Positions 1-12,899 of a DNA stretch of 64,000 bases are shown here, piece by piece. How positions within the stretch are numbered: position 1 is the stretch's first letter; each line of letters starts with the position of its first letter. Under the pieces are notes generated by a model. It did not search any database. It was not told the origin of the DNA and was given only the letters and a program-made list of their open reading frames with translations. This DNA is from Antedon mediterranea (lineage: Eukaryota; Animalia; Echinodermata), in contig NC_092676.1 of the NCBI RefSeq assembly GCF_964355755.1, forward strand, positions 1 to 64,000, written 5' to 3'. Made by a program: the position numbers and the translations under genes.

Positions 1-57
1 CCCTAACCCTAACCCTACCCTAACCCTAACCCTAACCCCTAACCCCTAACCCCTAAC

Positions 58-94
<37 letters not shown>

Positions 95-1051
95 CCCACC
101 CTAACCCTAACCCCTAACCCTAACCCTAACCCTAACCCTAACCCTAACCCTAACCCTAACCCTAACCCTAACCCTAACCCTAACCCTAACCCCTAACCTA
201 ACCCTAACCCTAACCCTAACCCTAACCCTAACCCTAACCCTAACCCTAACCCTAACCCTAACCCTAACCCTAACCCTAACCCTAACCCTAACCCTAACCC
301 TAACCCTAACCCCTAACCCTAACCCTACCCCTACCCTAACCCTAACCCTAACCCTAACCCTAACCCTAACCCTAACCCTAACCCTAACCCTAACCCTAAC
401 CCTAACCCTAACCCTAACCCTAACCCTAACCCTAACCCTAACCCTAACCCTAACCCTAACCCTAACCCTAACCCTAACCCTAACCCTAACCCCTAACCCT
501 AACCCTAACCCTAACCCCTAACCCTAACCCTAACCCTAACCCTAACCCCTAACCCTAACCCCTAACCCTAACCCTAACCCTAACCCTAACCCTAACCCCT
601 AACCCTAACCCTAACCCTAACCCTAACCCTAACCCTAACCCCTAACCCTAACCCCTAACCCTAACCTAACCCTAACCCTAACCCCTAACCTAACCTAACC
701 CTAACCCCTAACCCTAACCCCTAACCCTAACCCTAACCCTAACCCTAACCCCTAACCCTAACCCTAACCCCTAACCCTAACCCTAACCCTAACCCTAACC
801 CTAACCCTAACCCCTAACCCTAACCCCTAACCCTAACCCTAACCCCTAACCCTAACCCTAACCCTAACCCTAACCCTAACCCTAACCCTAACCCTAACCC
901 CTAACCCTAACCCCTAACCCCTACCCTAACCCTACCCCTAACCCTAACCCTAACCCAACCCTAACCCTAACCCTAACCCCTAACCCCTAACCCCTAACCC
1001 TAACCCTAACCCTAACCCTAACCCTAACCCCTAACCCTAACCCCTAACCCT

Positions 1052-1086
<35 letters not shown>

Positions 1087-2290
1087 CTAACCCTAACCCC
1101 TAACCCCTAACCCTAACCCTAACCCTAACCCTAACCCTAACCCAACCCTAACCCTAACCCTAACCCTAACCCTAACCCTAACCCAATCCCTAACCCTAAC
1201 CCTAACCCCTAACCCTAACCCTAACCCTAACCCTAACCCTAACCCTAACCCTAACCCTAACCCTAACCCCTAACCCTAACCCTAACCCTAACCCTAACCC
1301 TAACCCTAACCCTAACCCTAACCCTAACCCTAACCCCTAACCCTAACCCTAACCCTAACCCTAACCCTAACCCTAACCCCTAACCCTAACCCTAACCCTA
1401 ACCCTAACCCTAACCCTAACCCTAACCCTAACCCTAACCCTAACCCTAACCCTAACCCTAACCCTAACCCTAACCCTAACCCTAACCCCTAACCCTAACC
1501 CTAACCCTAACCCTAACCCTAACCCTAACCCTAACCCTAACCCCTAACCCTAACCCTAACCCTAACCCTAACCCCTAACCCCTAACCCTAACCCTAACCC
1601 TAACCCTAACCCTAACCCTAACCCTAACCCCTAACCCTAACCCTAACCCTAACCCTAACCCTAACCCTAACCCTAACCCTAACCCTAACCCTAACCCTAA
1701 CCCTAACCCTAACCCTAACCCTAACCCTAACCCTAACCCTAACCCTAACCCTAACCCTAACCCTAACCCTAACCCTAACCCTAACCCTAACCCTAACCCT
1801 AACCCTAACCCTAACCCTAACCCTAACCCTAACCCTAACCCTAACCCTAACCCTAACCCTAACCCTAACCCTAACCCTAACCCTAACCCTAACCCTAACC
1901 CTAACCCCTAACCCTAACCCTAACCCTAACCCTAACCCTAACCCTAACCCTAACCCTAACCCTAACCCTAACCCTAACCCTAACCCTAACCCTAACCCTA
2001 ACCCTAACCCCTAACCCCTAACCCCTAACCCCTAACCCTAACCCTAACCCTAACCCTAACCCTAACCCTAACCCTAACCCTAACCCTAACCCCTAACCCT
2101 AACCCTAACCCTAACCCTAACCCTAACCCTAACCCTAACCCTAACCCCTAACCCCTAACCCCTAACCCCTAACCCTAACCCTAACCCTAACCCCTAACCC
2201 CTAACCCTAACCCTAACCCTAACCCTAACCCTAACCCTAACCCTAACCCTAACCCCTAACCCTAACCCCTAACCCTAACCCTAACCCTAA
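1..2290. repeat. Telomeric repeat array (CCCTAA)n, chromosome end
   Basis: Continuous CCCTAA hexamers with occasional CCCCTAA/CCTAA variants from base 1. The C-rich strand is on +, as expected for a left chromosome end. Confidence 0.99.
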
Positions 2291-3150
2291 CATTCTCGAA
2301 GCGTACCCGTAAGACTTTTGAAATGTACCCGGAACAAACTCGAAACATACCCGGAACATACCCGGAACATACAAGGAACATTCGAGGAACATTCACGGAA
2401 CGTACCTGGAACGTACCTGTAACATTTTTGGAATGTATTCGGAACATACCCGGAACATACCCGAAACATTCGAGGAACATTCTCGGAACGTACCTGGAAC
2501 GTACCTGTATTATTTTTGAAATGTATTCGGAACATACAAGGAACATACGAGGAACATTCACGGAACGTACCTGGAACGTACCTGTAACATTTTTGGAATG
2601 TATTCGGAACATACCCGGAACATACCCGAAACATTCGAGGAACATTCTCGGAACGTACCTGGAACGTACCTGTATTATTTTTGAAATGTATTCGGAACAT
2701 ACCCGGAACAAACTTGGAACATTCTCAGAACGTACCCGGAATATACCCGGAACATTATTTGGAACATAATCGGAACATACATGGAACATACCAGGAACAT
2801 TCTCGGAACGTACCCAGAACATACTCGGAACATTTTTGGAATGTACTCGGAACATACCCGGAACAAACTCGGAACATACCTGGAACATACCCGGAACAAA
2901 CCCAGAAAATACTCGGAACATACTCTTAACATACCCGGCACAAACCCGGAAAATACTCAAATTAACATACCCAGAACCTTATTCTGAACATACCCGGAAC
3001 AATTTCGGAACATTCCCGGAACATACTCGGAACATATCCGGAACAAACCCGGAACATACCCGGAACATTTTCGGAACGTACCCGAAACATACCCGGAACA
3101 AACTTGGAACATTCTCAGAACGTAACCGGAACGTACTCGAACATACCCGG
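2291..3150. repeat. Subtelomeric satellite 1, degenerate 11-bp unit (CGGAACATACC)
   Basis: Repeated ggaacatacc/ggaacgtacc/ggaacattct with 11-bp periodicity, directly abutting the telomere. Confidence 0.92.
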
Positions 3151-3225
3151 ATGTTCTTGGTATGTTCTTTTTTTATTTCATTCCTAGTAGTTATGAATAG
3201 TTATGAGTAGTTCATAGTAGTGACG

Positions 3226-6200
3226 AGTATTCCGAGAAGTTCCGAAAAGTTGCGAGAAGTTGCGAGAAATTACGAGAAGTTCCTAGAAGTTCCGAGTAGT
3301 TCCGGGTAGTTCTGAGTAGTTCCAAGTAGTTCCGAATAGTTCCGAGTAGTTCCGAGTAGTCCAGTGTAGTCCCGAGTAGTTGCGAGTAGTTCCGAGAAGT
3401 TCCGAGTAATTCGGAATATTGACGAGTATTTCCGAGAAGTTGCAAGTATTTCCGAGTAGTTCCAAGTAGTTCCGAGTAGTTCCGAGTAGTTCCGAGTAGT
3501 CCAGTGTAGTCCCGAGTAGTTCCGAATAGTTTCGAGTAGTTCCGAGTAGTTCCGAGTATTGAGGAATAGTTCCGAGTAGTTCCGAGTATTTCCGAGTAGT
3601 TCCGAGTAGTTCCGAGTAGTTCCGAGTATTTCCGAGTAGTTCCGAGAAGTTCCGAGTAATTCCGATAAGTGCCGAGTATTTCTGAGTATTTTCGAGTAGT
3701 TCCAAGCAGTTCCGAGTAGTTCCAAATATTGACGAGTAGTTCCGAGTATTTCCGATAAGTTCCGAGTATTTCCGAGTATTTCAAAGTTGTTCCGAGTAGT
3801 TCCGAGTAGTTCCGAGTAATATCGAGTAGTTCCGAGAAGTTCCGAGTAGTTCCGATAAGTTCCGAGTAGTTCCGAGTAGTTCCGATAAGTTCCGAGTATT
3901 TCCAAGTATTTCCGAGTACTTCCGAGTATTTACGAGTAGTTCCGAGTAGTTCCGAATATTGACGAATAGTTCCAAGAAGTTCCGAGAAGTTCCAAGTAGT
4001 TCTGAGTAGTTCCAAGTAGTTCCGAGTAGTTCCGAGTAGTTCCGAGTAGTCCAGTGTAGTCCCGAGTAGTTGCGAGTAGTTCCGAGAAGTTCCGAGTAAT
4101 TCCAAATATTGACGAGTATTTCCGAGTAGTTCCAAGTATTTCCGAGTAGTTCCAAGTAGTTCCAAGTAGTTCCGAGTAGTTCCGAGTAGTCCAGTGTAGT
4201 CCCGAGTAGTTCCGAATAGTTTCGAGTAGTTCCGAGTAGTTCCGAGTATTGAGGAATAGTTCCGAGTAGTTCCAAGTATTTCCGAGTAGTTCTGAGTAGT
4301 TCCGAGTAGGTCCGAGTATTTCCGAGTAGTTCCGAGAAGTTCCGAGTAATTCCGATAAGTGCCGAGTATTTCTGAGTATTTTCAAGTAGTTCCAAGCAGT
4401 TCCGAGTAGTTCCAAATATTGACGAGTAGTTCCGATAAGTTCCGAGTATTTCCGAGTATTTCAGAGTTGTTCCGAGTAGTTCCGAGTAGTTCCGAGTAAT
4501 ATCGAGTAGTTCCGAGAAGTTCCGAGTAGTTCCGATAAGTTCTGAGTATTTCCGAGTAGTTCCGAATATTGACGAATAGTTCCAAGAAGTTCCGAGAAGT
4601 TCCAAGAAGTTCCGAGAAGTTCCGAGTAGTTCCGAGTAGTTCCGAGTAGTTCCGAGTAGTTCCGAGTAGTTCCGAGTAGTTCCGAGTAGTTCCGAGTATT
4701 CCAGTGTAGTCCCGAGTAGTTCCGAGTAGTTCTGAGTAGTTCTGAGTAGTTCCGAGTATTTCTGAATATTGCCGAGTAGTTCCGAGTAGTTCTGAGTTGT
4801 TCCGAGTATTTCCGAGTAATTCCGAGTAGTTCCGAGTAGTCCAGTGTAGTCCCGAGTAGTTCCGAATAGTTCCGAGTAGTTCCAAGTAGTTCCGAGTAGT
4901 CGAGTGTAGTCCCGAGTAGTTCCGAGTAGTTCCGAGTAGTTCCGAGTAGTTCCGAGTAGTTCCGAGTAGTTCCAAGAAATTCCGAGAAGTTCCTAGAAGT
5001 TCCAAGAAGTTCCGAGTTTTTTTTTAGTATTTCCGAGTAGTTCTGAACAGTTCCGAGCTGTTCCAAATATTGACGAGTAGTTCCGAGTAGTTCCGATAAG
5101 TTCCGAGTATTTCCGTGTATTCAGAGTTGTTCCGAGTAATTCCAAGTAGTTCCGAGTAAAATCGAGTAGTTTCGAGAAGTTCCGAGTAGTTCCGAGAAGT
5201 TCCAATAAGTTCCGAGTATTTCTGAGTATTTCCGAGTATTTACGAGTAGTTCTGAGTAGTTCCGAATATTGACGAATAGTTCCAAGAAGTTCCGAGAAGT
5301 TCCGAGAAGTCCCAAGTAGTTCCGAGTATTTCCGAGTAGTTCCGAATAGTTCCGAGTAGTTCCGAGTAGTTCCGAGTAGTTCTGAGTAGTTCCTAATATT
5401 GACGAGTAGTTTCGAATAGTTCCGAGTAGTTCCGATTAGTTCCGAGAAGTTCCGAGAAGTTGCGAGAAATTCCGAGAAGTTCCAAGAAGTTCCAAGTAGT
5501 TCCGAATAGTTCCAAGTAGTTCCGAGTATTCCAGTGTAGTCCCGAGTAGTTCCGAGTTGTTCCGAGTATTTCCGAGTAAATCCGAGTAGTTCCGAGTAGT
5601 TCCGAATAGTCCAGAGTTCCGAGTAGTTCCGAGCAATTCCGAGAAGTCCCAAGAAGTTCCAAAAAGTTCTGAGTTTTTTCCGAGTATTTCCGAGTAGTTC
5701 CGAACAGTTCCAAGTAGTTCCAAATAGTTCCCAAAAGTTCCGAGTAGTTCCGATAAGTTCCGAGTATTTCCGAGTATTTCCGAGTAGTTCCGAGTAGTTC
5801 CGAGTAGTTCTGAGTAGTTCCGAGTAGTTCCAAGTTGTTCCGAGTAGTTCCGAGAAGTTCCGAGTAATTCCGATAAGTGCCGAGTATTTCTGAGTATTTT
5901 CGAGTAGTTCCAAGCAGTTCTGAGTAGTTCCAAATATTGACGAGTAGTTCCGAGTAGTTCCGATAAGTTCCGAGTATTTCCGAGTATTTCTAAGTTGTTC
6001 TGAGTAGTTCCAAGTAGTTCCGAGTAATATTGAGTAGTTCCGAGAAGTTCCGAGTAGTTCCGATAAGTTCCGAGTATTTCCGAGTATTTACGAGTACTTC
6101 CGAGTATTTACCAGTAGTTCCGAGTAGTTCCGAATATTGACGAATAGTTCCAAGAAGTTCCGAGAAGTTCCGAGAAGTCCCGAGTAGTCCCGAGAAGTCC

Positions 6201-9200
6201 CGAGTAGTTCCGAGTAGTTCCGAGTAGTTCCGAGTAGTTCCGAGTAGTTCCGAGTAGTTCCGAGTAGTTCCAAGTAGTTCCGAGTAGTTCCGAGTAGTTC
6301 CGAGTAGTTCCGAGTAGTTCCGACTATTTCCGTAGTTCTGAGTAGTTCCGAATAGTTTCGAGAATTTCCGAGTTGTTCCTAGTTTTTCTGAGTAGTTCCG
6401 AGTAGTTCCGAAAAATTCCGAGTAGTTCCGAGTTGTTCCAAGTAGTTCCGAGTAGTTCCGATTTGTTCCGAGTATTTTCGAGTATTTCTGAGAAGTTCCG
6501 AGAAGTTCCGATAAGTTTCGATAAGTTCCAAGTATTTCCGAGTAGTTCCGAGTAGTTCCAATTAGCTCAGAGTAGCTCCGAAAATATTCCGAGTATTTCC
6601 GAGTAGTTCCAAGAAGTTCCGAGTAGTTTCGAAAAGTTTCGTGTACTTCTCGGTAGTTTCGAGAAGTTCCGAGAAGTTTCGAGTATTTCCGAGTAGTTCC
6701 GAAATGTGACGAGAAGTTCCGAGTAGTTCCGGGTAGTTCCGAGTAGTTCCATGTAGTTCCGAGTACTTCCGAGTAGTTCATAGTAGTGATGAGTAGTTCC
6801 GAGAAGTTCCGAATAGTTCCGTAGTTTTGAGTAGTTCTGAATAGTTCCGAATAGTTCCGGGTAGTTCCGAGTAGTTCCGAGTAGTCCAGTGTAGTCCCGA
6901 GTAGTTCCGAGTAGTTCCGAGTATGTCCGAGTAGTTCCGAGTAGTTCCGAGTAGTTCCGAGAAGTCCCGAGAAGTTCCAAGAAGTTCTGAGTTTTTTCCG
7001 AGTATTTCCGAGTAGTTCCGAACTGTTCCGAGTAGTTCCGAGTAGTTCCGATAAGTTCTGAGTATTTCCGAGTGTTTCCGAGTTGTTCCGAATAGTTCCG
7101 AGTAGTTCCGAGAAGTATCGAGTAGTATCGAGTAGTTCCGAGGAGTTCTGAGTAGTTCCGAGTAGTTCCGAGTAGATCCAAATATTGACGGGTAGTTCCG
7201 AGTAGTTCCGAGTAGTTCAGAGTATTTCCGAGTAGTTCCGAATAGTTCCGAATAGTTCCGAGTAGTTCCGAGTAGTTCCGAGTAGTTTCGAGTAGTTCCG
7301 AGTAGTTCCGAATATTGACGAGTAGTTCCGAGTAGTTCCGAGTAGTTCCGATTAGTTCCGAGAAGTTCTGAGAAGTTGCGAGAAGTTGGGAAAAATTCCG
7401 AGAAGTTCTAAGAAGTTCTAAGAAGTTCCGAGTAGTTCCGAGTAGTTCCGAGTAGTTCCGAATAGTTCCGAGTAGTTCCGAGTATTCCAGTGTAGTCCCG
7501 AGTAGTTCCGAGTAGTTCCGAGTACTTCCGAATATTGACGAGTAGTTCCGAGTAGTTCCGAGTATTTCCGAGTAGTTCCGAGTAGTTCCGAGTAGTCCAG
7601 TGTAGTTCCGAGTAGTTCCGAGTAGTTCCGAGTAGTTCCGTGTAGTTCCGTGTAGTTCCGAGTAGTTCCGAGTAGTTCCGAGAAGTTCCGAGTTGTTCCT
7701 AGTTTTTCCGAATAGTTCCGAAAAATTCCGAGTAGTTCCGAGTTGTTCCGAGTAGTTCCGAGTAGTTCCGAGTATTTCCGAGTATTTCTAAGTTGTTCTG
7801 AGTAGTTCCGAGTAGTTCCGAGTAATATTGAGTAGTTCCGAGAAGTTCCGAGTAGTTCCGATAAGTTCCGAGTATTTCCGAATATTTACGAGTACTTCCG
7901 AGTATTTACAAGTAGTTCCGAGTAGTTCCGAATATTGACGAATAGTTCCATGAAGTTCCGAGAAGTTCCGAGTAGTCCCGAGAAGTCCCGAGTAGTTCCG
8001 AGTAGTTCCGAGTAGTTCCGAGTAGTTCCGAGTAGTTCCGAGTAGTTCCGAGTAGTTCCGAGTAGTTCCGAGTAGTTCCGAGTAGTTCCGAGTAGTTCCG
8101 AGTAGTTCCGAGTAGTTCCGACTATTTCCGTAGTTCTGAGTAGTTCCGAATAGTTTCGAGAATTTCCGAGTTGTTCCTAGTTTTTCTGAGTAGTTCCGAG
8201 TAGTTCTGAAAAATTCCGAGTAGTTCCGAGTTGTTCCAAGTAGTTCCGAGTAGTTCCGATTTGTTCCGAGTATTTTCGAGTATTTCTGAGAAGTTCCGAG
8301 AAGTTCCGATAAGTTTCGATAAGTTCCAAGTATTTCCGAGTAGTTCCGAGTAGTTCCAATTAGCTCAGAGTAGCTCCGAAAATATTCCGAGTATTTCCGA
8401 GTAGTTCCAAGAAGTTCCGAGTAGTTTCGAAAAGTTTCGTGTACTTCTCGGTAGTTTCGAGAAGTTCCGAGAAGTTCCGAGTATTTCCGAGTAGTTCCGA
8501 AATGTGACGAGAAGTTCCGAGTAGTTCCGGGTAGTTCCGAGTAGTTCCATGTAGTTCCGAGTACTTCCGAGTAGTTCATAGTAGTGATGAGTAGTTCCGA
8601 GAAGTTCCGAATAGTTCCGTAGTTTCGAGTAGTTCTGAATAGTTCCGAATAGTTCCGGGTAGTTCCGAGTAGTTCCGAGTAGTCCAGTGTAGTCCCGAGT
8701 AGTTCCGAGTAGTTCCGAGTATGTCCGAGTAGTTCCGAGTAGTTCCGAGAAGTCCCGAGAAGTTCCAAGAAGTTCTGAGTTTTTTCCGAGTATTTCCGAG
8801 TAGTTCCGAACTGTTCCGAGTAGTTCCGAGTAGTTCCGATAAGTTCTGAGTATTTCCGAGTGTTTCCGAGTTGTTCCGAATAGTTCCGAGTAGTTCCGAG
8901 AAGTATCGAGTAGTATCGAGTAGTTCCGAGTAGTTCCGAGTAGTTCCGAGTAGTTCCGAGTAGATCCAAATATTGACGGGTAGTTCCGAGTAGTTCCGAG
9001 TAGTTCAGAGTATTTCCGAGTAGTTCCGAATAGTTCCGAATAGTTCCGAGTAGTTCCGAGTAGTTTCGAGTAGTTCCGAGTAGTTCCGAATATTGACGAG
9101 TAGTTCCGAGTAGTTCCGAGTAGTTCCGATTAGTTCCGAGAAGTTCTGAGAAGTTGCGAGAAGTTGGGAAAAATTCCGAGAAGTTCTAAGAAGTTCTAAG

Positions 9201-9595
9201 AAGTTCCGAGTAGTTCCGAGTAGTTCCGAGTAGTTCCGAATAGTTCCGAGTAGTTCCGAGTATTCCAGTGTAGTCCCGAGTAGTTCCGAGTAGTTCCGAG
9301 TACTTCCGAATATTGACGAGTAGTTCCGAGTAGTTCCGAGTATTTCCGAGTAGTTCCGAGTAGTTCCGAGTAGTCCAGTGTAGTTCCGAGTAGTTCCGAG
9401 TAGTTCCGAGTAGTTCCGTGTAGTTCCGTGTAGTTCCGAGTAGTTCCGAGAAGTTCCGAGTTGTTCCTAGTTTTTCCGAGTAGTTCCGAAAAATTCCGAG
9501 TAGTTCCGAGTTGTTCCGAGTAGTTCCGAGTAGTTCCGAGTTGTTCCGAGTAGTTCCGAGTTGTTCCGAGTATTTTCAAGTATTTCCGAGAAGTT
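3226..9595. repeat. Subtelomeric satellite 2, 10-bp unit (TCCGAGTAGT) with higher-order duplications
   Basis: About 6.4 kb of tccgagtagt and variants. Variant patterns recur at 690 bp (gaggaatagt at 3561 and 4251) and at 1798 bp (identical spurious ORFs 6379-6561 and 8177-8359). Confidence 0.97.
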
Positions 9596-9818
9596 CGTTC
9601 AGTAATTTGCCTTTGGATTTATATAGATATTGATTTCTTCATCTTTATCGTTTCAAATTAATTAATTAAATTTCAGTATATCACCGGGCGGTTTAGAATT
9701 AATGTTCTGTGCCTGATTTGTTTATATATATATATATATATATTTATCGTTTCAAATTAATTAATTAAATTTCAGTATATCACCGGGCGGTTTCGAATTA
9801 ATGTTCACTGCCTAATGT

Positions 9819-9852
<34 letters not shown>

Positions 9853-9901
9853 ACAAGAGGCAAAGAACATTAATTATATATATATATATATATAATATAG
9901 T

Positions 9902-9938
9902 GCACTGATGAAGGGCTAGTGTTGCCCGAAAGCTCTGC
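9902..9938 (+). ncRNA. Minimal type I hammerhead ribozyme (family A) heading a ~170-bp dispersed repeat (9901-10070)
   Basis: GCA-CUGAUGA-AGGGC(uaguguu)GCCC-GAA-AGCU-C^UGC: conserved core, stem II, a 4-nt palindrome in place of helix III, and a 3-bp helix I. Confidence 0.7.
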
Positions 9939-10074
9939 TAACTTTTCTGGCTGTTTACTTTATCGTTTTGATTTAGCTTTTCGCTTTTTATTTTTGTATC
10001 TCCATTGAGATCCAGCCACTGATACCCACAGCATTGTCATTTTTTTCAGTAATTTGCCTTTAGATTTATATATA

Positions 10075-10441
10075 ACAAACGGTGTAATCTATGCTTACAA
10101 GAGAAGTATTATATTATATGCAAGCCTGAAACCAGCTCACTTAACCATAGGAACGAATTAGTCAGTGCATGTAGACATAGGAGAAAGTTTCTACTAAAGT
10201 ATCAGTAATTTAGATATAGGAATTTGGTTAACAATAGACTGTCCAGGAAATAGAGATGTGTTGTACTTGCTAATTAGCATACTATTGTTCACATAAACAG
10301 TTTGCCTTAAGACTTCATTATAGCTTTTTGTATTCACTTGTGACTATCATTCAGAGCCAAGCACCTGAAGATTGAGTTCATACTCATGAAACAGCCTGTA
10401 GTGCAATAAAATGTTCAGTTGGTAATTTACTAACGTCTTTC

Positions 10442-10445
<4 letters not shown>
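10075..10445 (+). mobile_element. 3' fragment of a Penelope-like element (GIY-YIG C-terminus plus 3' repeat)
   Basis: Translates to [42 protein letters not shown] (stop at 10208), homologous to the C-terminus of the neighbouring element. It is followed by a hammerhead and AATAAA and is flanked by (TA)n. Confidence 0.85.
10361..10404 (+). ncRNA. Type I hammerhead ribozyme (family B)
   Basis: GCAC-CUGAAGA-uUGAGU(ucau)ACUCAu-GAA-ACAGcCUGU-A^GUGC. Helix I is GCAC/GUGC. Confidence 0.8.
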
Positions 10446-11742
<1,297 letters not shown>

Positions 11743-11948
11743 TGTTCATTGCCTGATGTGTTTATATATATAAAAGTATCTCTTCGGAGATCCCGCCTTG
11801 TGAATAAAAATACTGAAAGATGGGGACGTATCAATTTGATCTCTGGTGCGCGTGCGTACAACTGAGGACTAGTGCTGTTCCGCCGTACCACGCCCAGAAT
11901 GAATGTTAAAGAGTCGCTATCCAATCGAGTTTGAACAATACCATGAAA

Positions 11949-12010
11949 GCCCCAGTGTTCTAATGGTTAGGACATCTGCATATCAAGCAGGCGGTCCGAG
12001 TTCGAGTCTC
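11949..12010 (+). pseudogene. 3'-truncated tRNA-like sequence (ATC in the anticodon position) inside a ~330-bp dispersed repeat (11770-12100)
   Basis: GCCCCAG TG TTCTAATGGTTAGGA CA TCTGC-ATATCAA-GCAGG CGGT CCGAG TTCGAGT CTC shows D-arm, anticodon arm and B-box. The missing 3' acceptor half (CTCGGTTGGGGCG) is present in a minus-strand copy near 23432-23448. Confidence 0.6.
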
Positions 12011-12097
12011 ATTCTCACCGATTTCCTCATCTTTATCGTTTCAAATTAATTAATTAAATTTCAGTATATCACTGGGCGGTTTAGAATTAATGTTCAT

Positions 12098-12134
<37 letters not shown>

Positions 12135-12263
12135 TATCTCTTCAGAGAGTTCATTGAGCTTATGTACTCTTTGTGTTCATTAATCAGTGTACCATGTCCC
12201 GCATACCTGGCTCAGCCTATATATTGTGCCAGTTCTGCGGTACATTTCATTTCGAAACCTGAG

Positions 12264-12308
12264 CTGCACTGACGAGATCTAATAAGATTGAAACAGTACT
12301 GTCTACAG
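12264..12308 (+). ncRNA. Type I hammerhead ribozyme (family D, copy 1, two substitutions)
   Basis: CUGCA-CUGACGA-GAUCU(aaua)AGAUU-GAA-ACAGUACUGU-C^UACAG. Confidence 0.78.
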
Positions 12309-12436
12309 ATTGGATATTACGCTCCTCTACTTTCTGCTATATTCTTATAGTATGTTGTTTTTGTAGAGCACTCTTCATTTCGAAACGGTGCATTTTTGTT
12401 GTGAATACTATTAGGGTTAGGGTTAGGGTTAGTTGT

Positions 12437-12550
12437 GGAGTGGAGTTGTGGCCTGGTGGTTATGATGCTTGGCTGCCAATCCAAGGGTCCTGGGTTCAAG
12501 TCCTGTCATATGTCAGGATTTTTTCCAATGACAATTTACAACTCCACTCC
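12437..12550 (+). other. tRNA-derived (GCC loop, Gly-like) module with 13-bp terminal inverted repeat
   Basis: A-box-like TGGCCTGGTGG, stem CTTGG-ctgccaat-CCAAG and B-box GGTTCAAGTCC. GGAGTGGAGTTGT (12437) is complementary to ACAACTCCACTCC (12538). Confidence 0.55.
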
Positions 12551-12840
12551 CAAAGACTTGTAATAAAGACTTTGTTTATGTAGAGCATTGTGTGTATATG
12601 TTTGTCTCGTGAACGGATTGCCACCTTTAAGAAGGATAGTGATTGAATTTGCTTATGGTTATCCTTGGCAATTTGCCTAAATATATAAAATAAAATAAAT
12701 AAATAAATTAGCATTTTGCAAAGCACGCTCGTTGAGCTTGTGCACTCTTTGTGTTCATAATCAGTGTACCATGTCCCGCATACCTGGCTCAGCCTATATA
12801 TTGTGCCAGTTCTGCGGTACATTTCATTTCGAAACCTGAG

Positions 12841-12885
12841 CTGCACTGACGAGATCTAATAAGATCGAAACAGTACTGTCTGCAG
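12841..12885 (+). ncRNA. Type I hammerhead ribozyme (family D, copy 2, intact)
   Basis: CUGCA-CUGACGA-GAUCU(aaua)AGAUC-GAA-ACAGUACUGU-C^UGCAG. All helices are perfect, with a canonical GUC cleavage triplet. Confidence 0.92.
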
Positions 12886-12899
12886 ATTGGATATATATA

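Larger units (their letters stand above)
12154..12894 (+). mobile_element. Retrozyme-like or non-autonomous Penelope-type unit with ~163-bp direct repeats, each ending in a hammerhead
   Basis: Near-identical direct repeats at 12154-12317 and 12732-12894, with no coding capacity between them. Bounded by TA runs. Confidence 0.7.

Noticed and set aside
2262-9579. Dozens of long overlapping ORFs (ELLGTTRNYS and EHTRNIPGT repeats)
   Set aside because: They are translations of 10- and 11-bp satellites that lack stops in several frames at once, with no domain content.
11862-11900. CTGAGGA as another hammerhead core
   Set aside because: No stem II followed by GAAA could be built.
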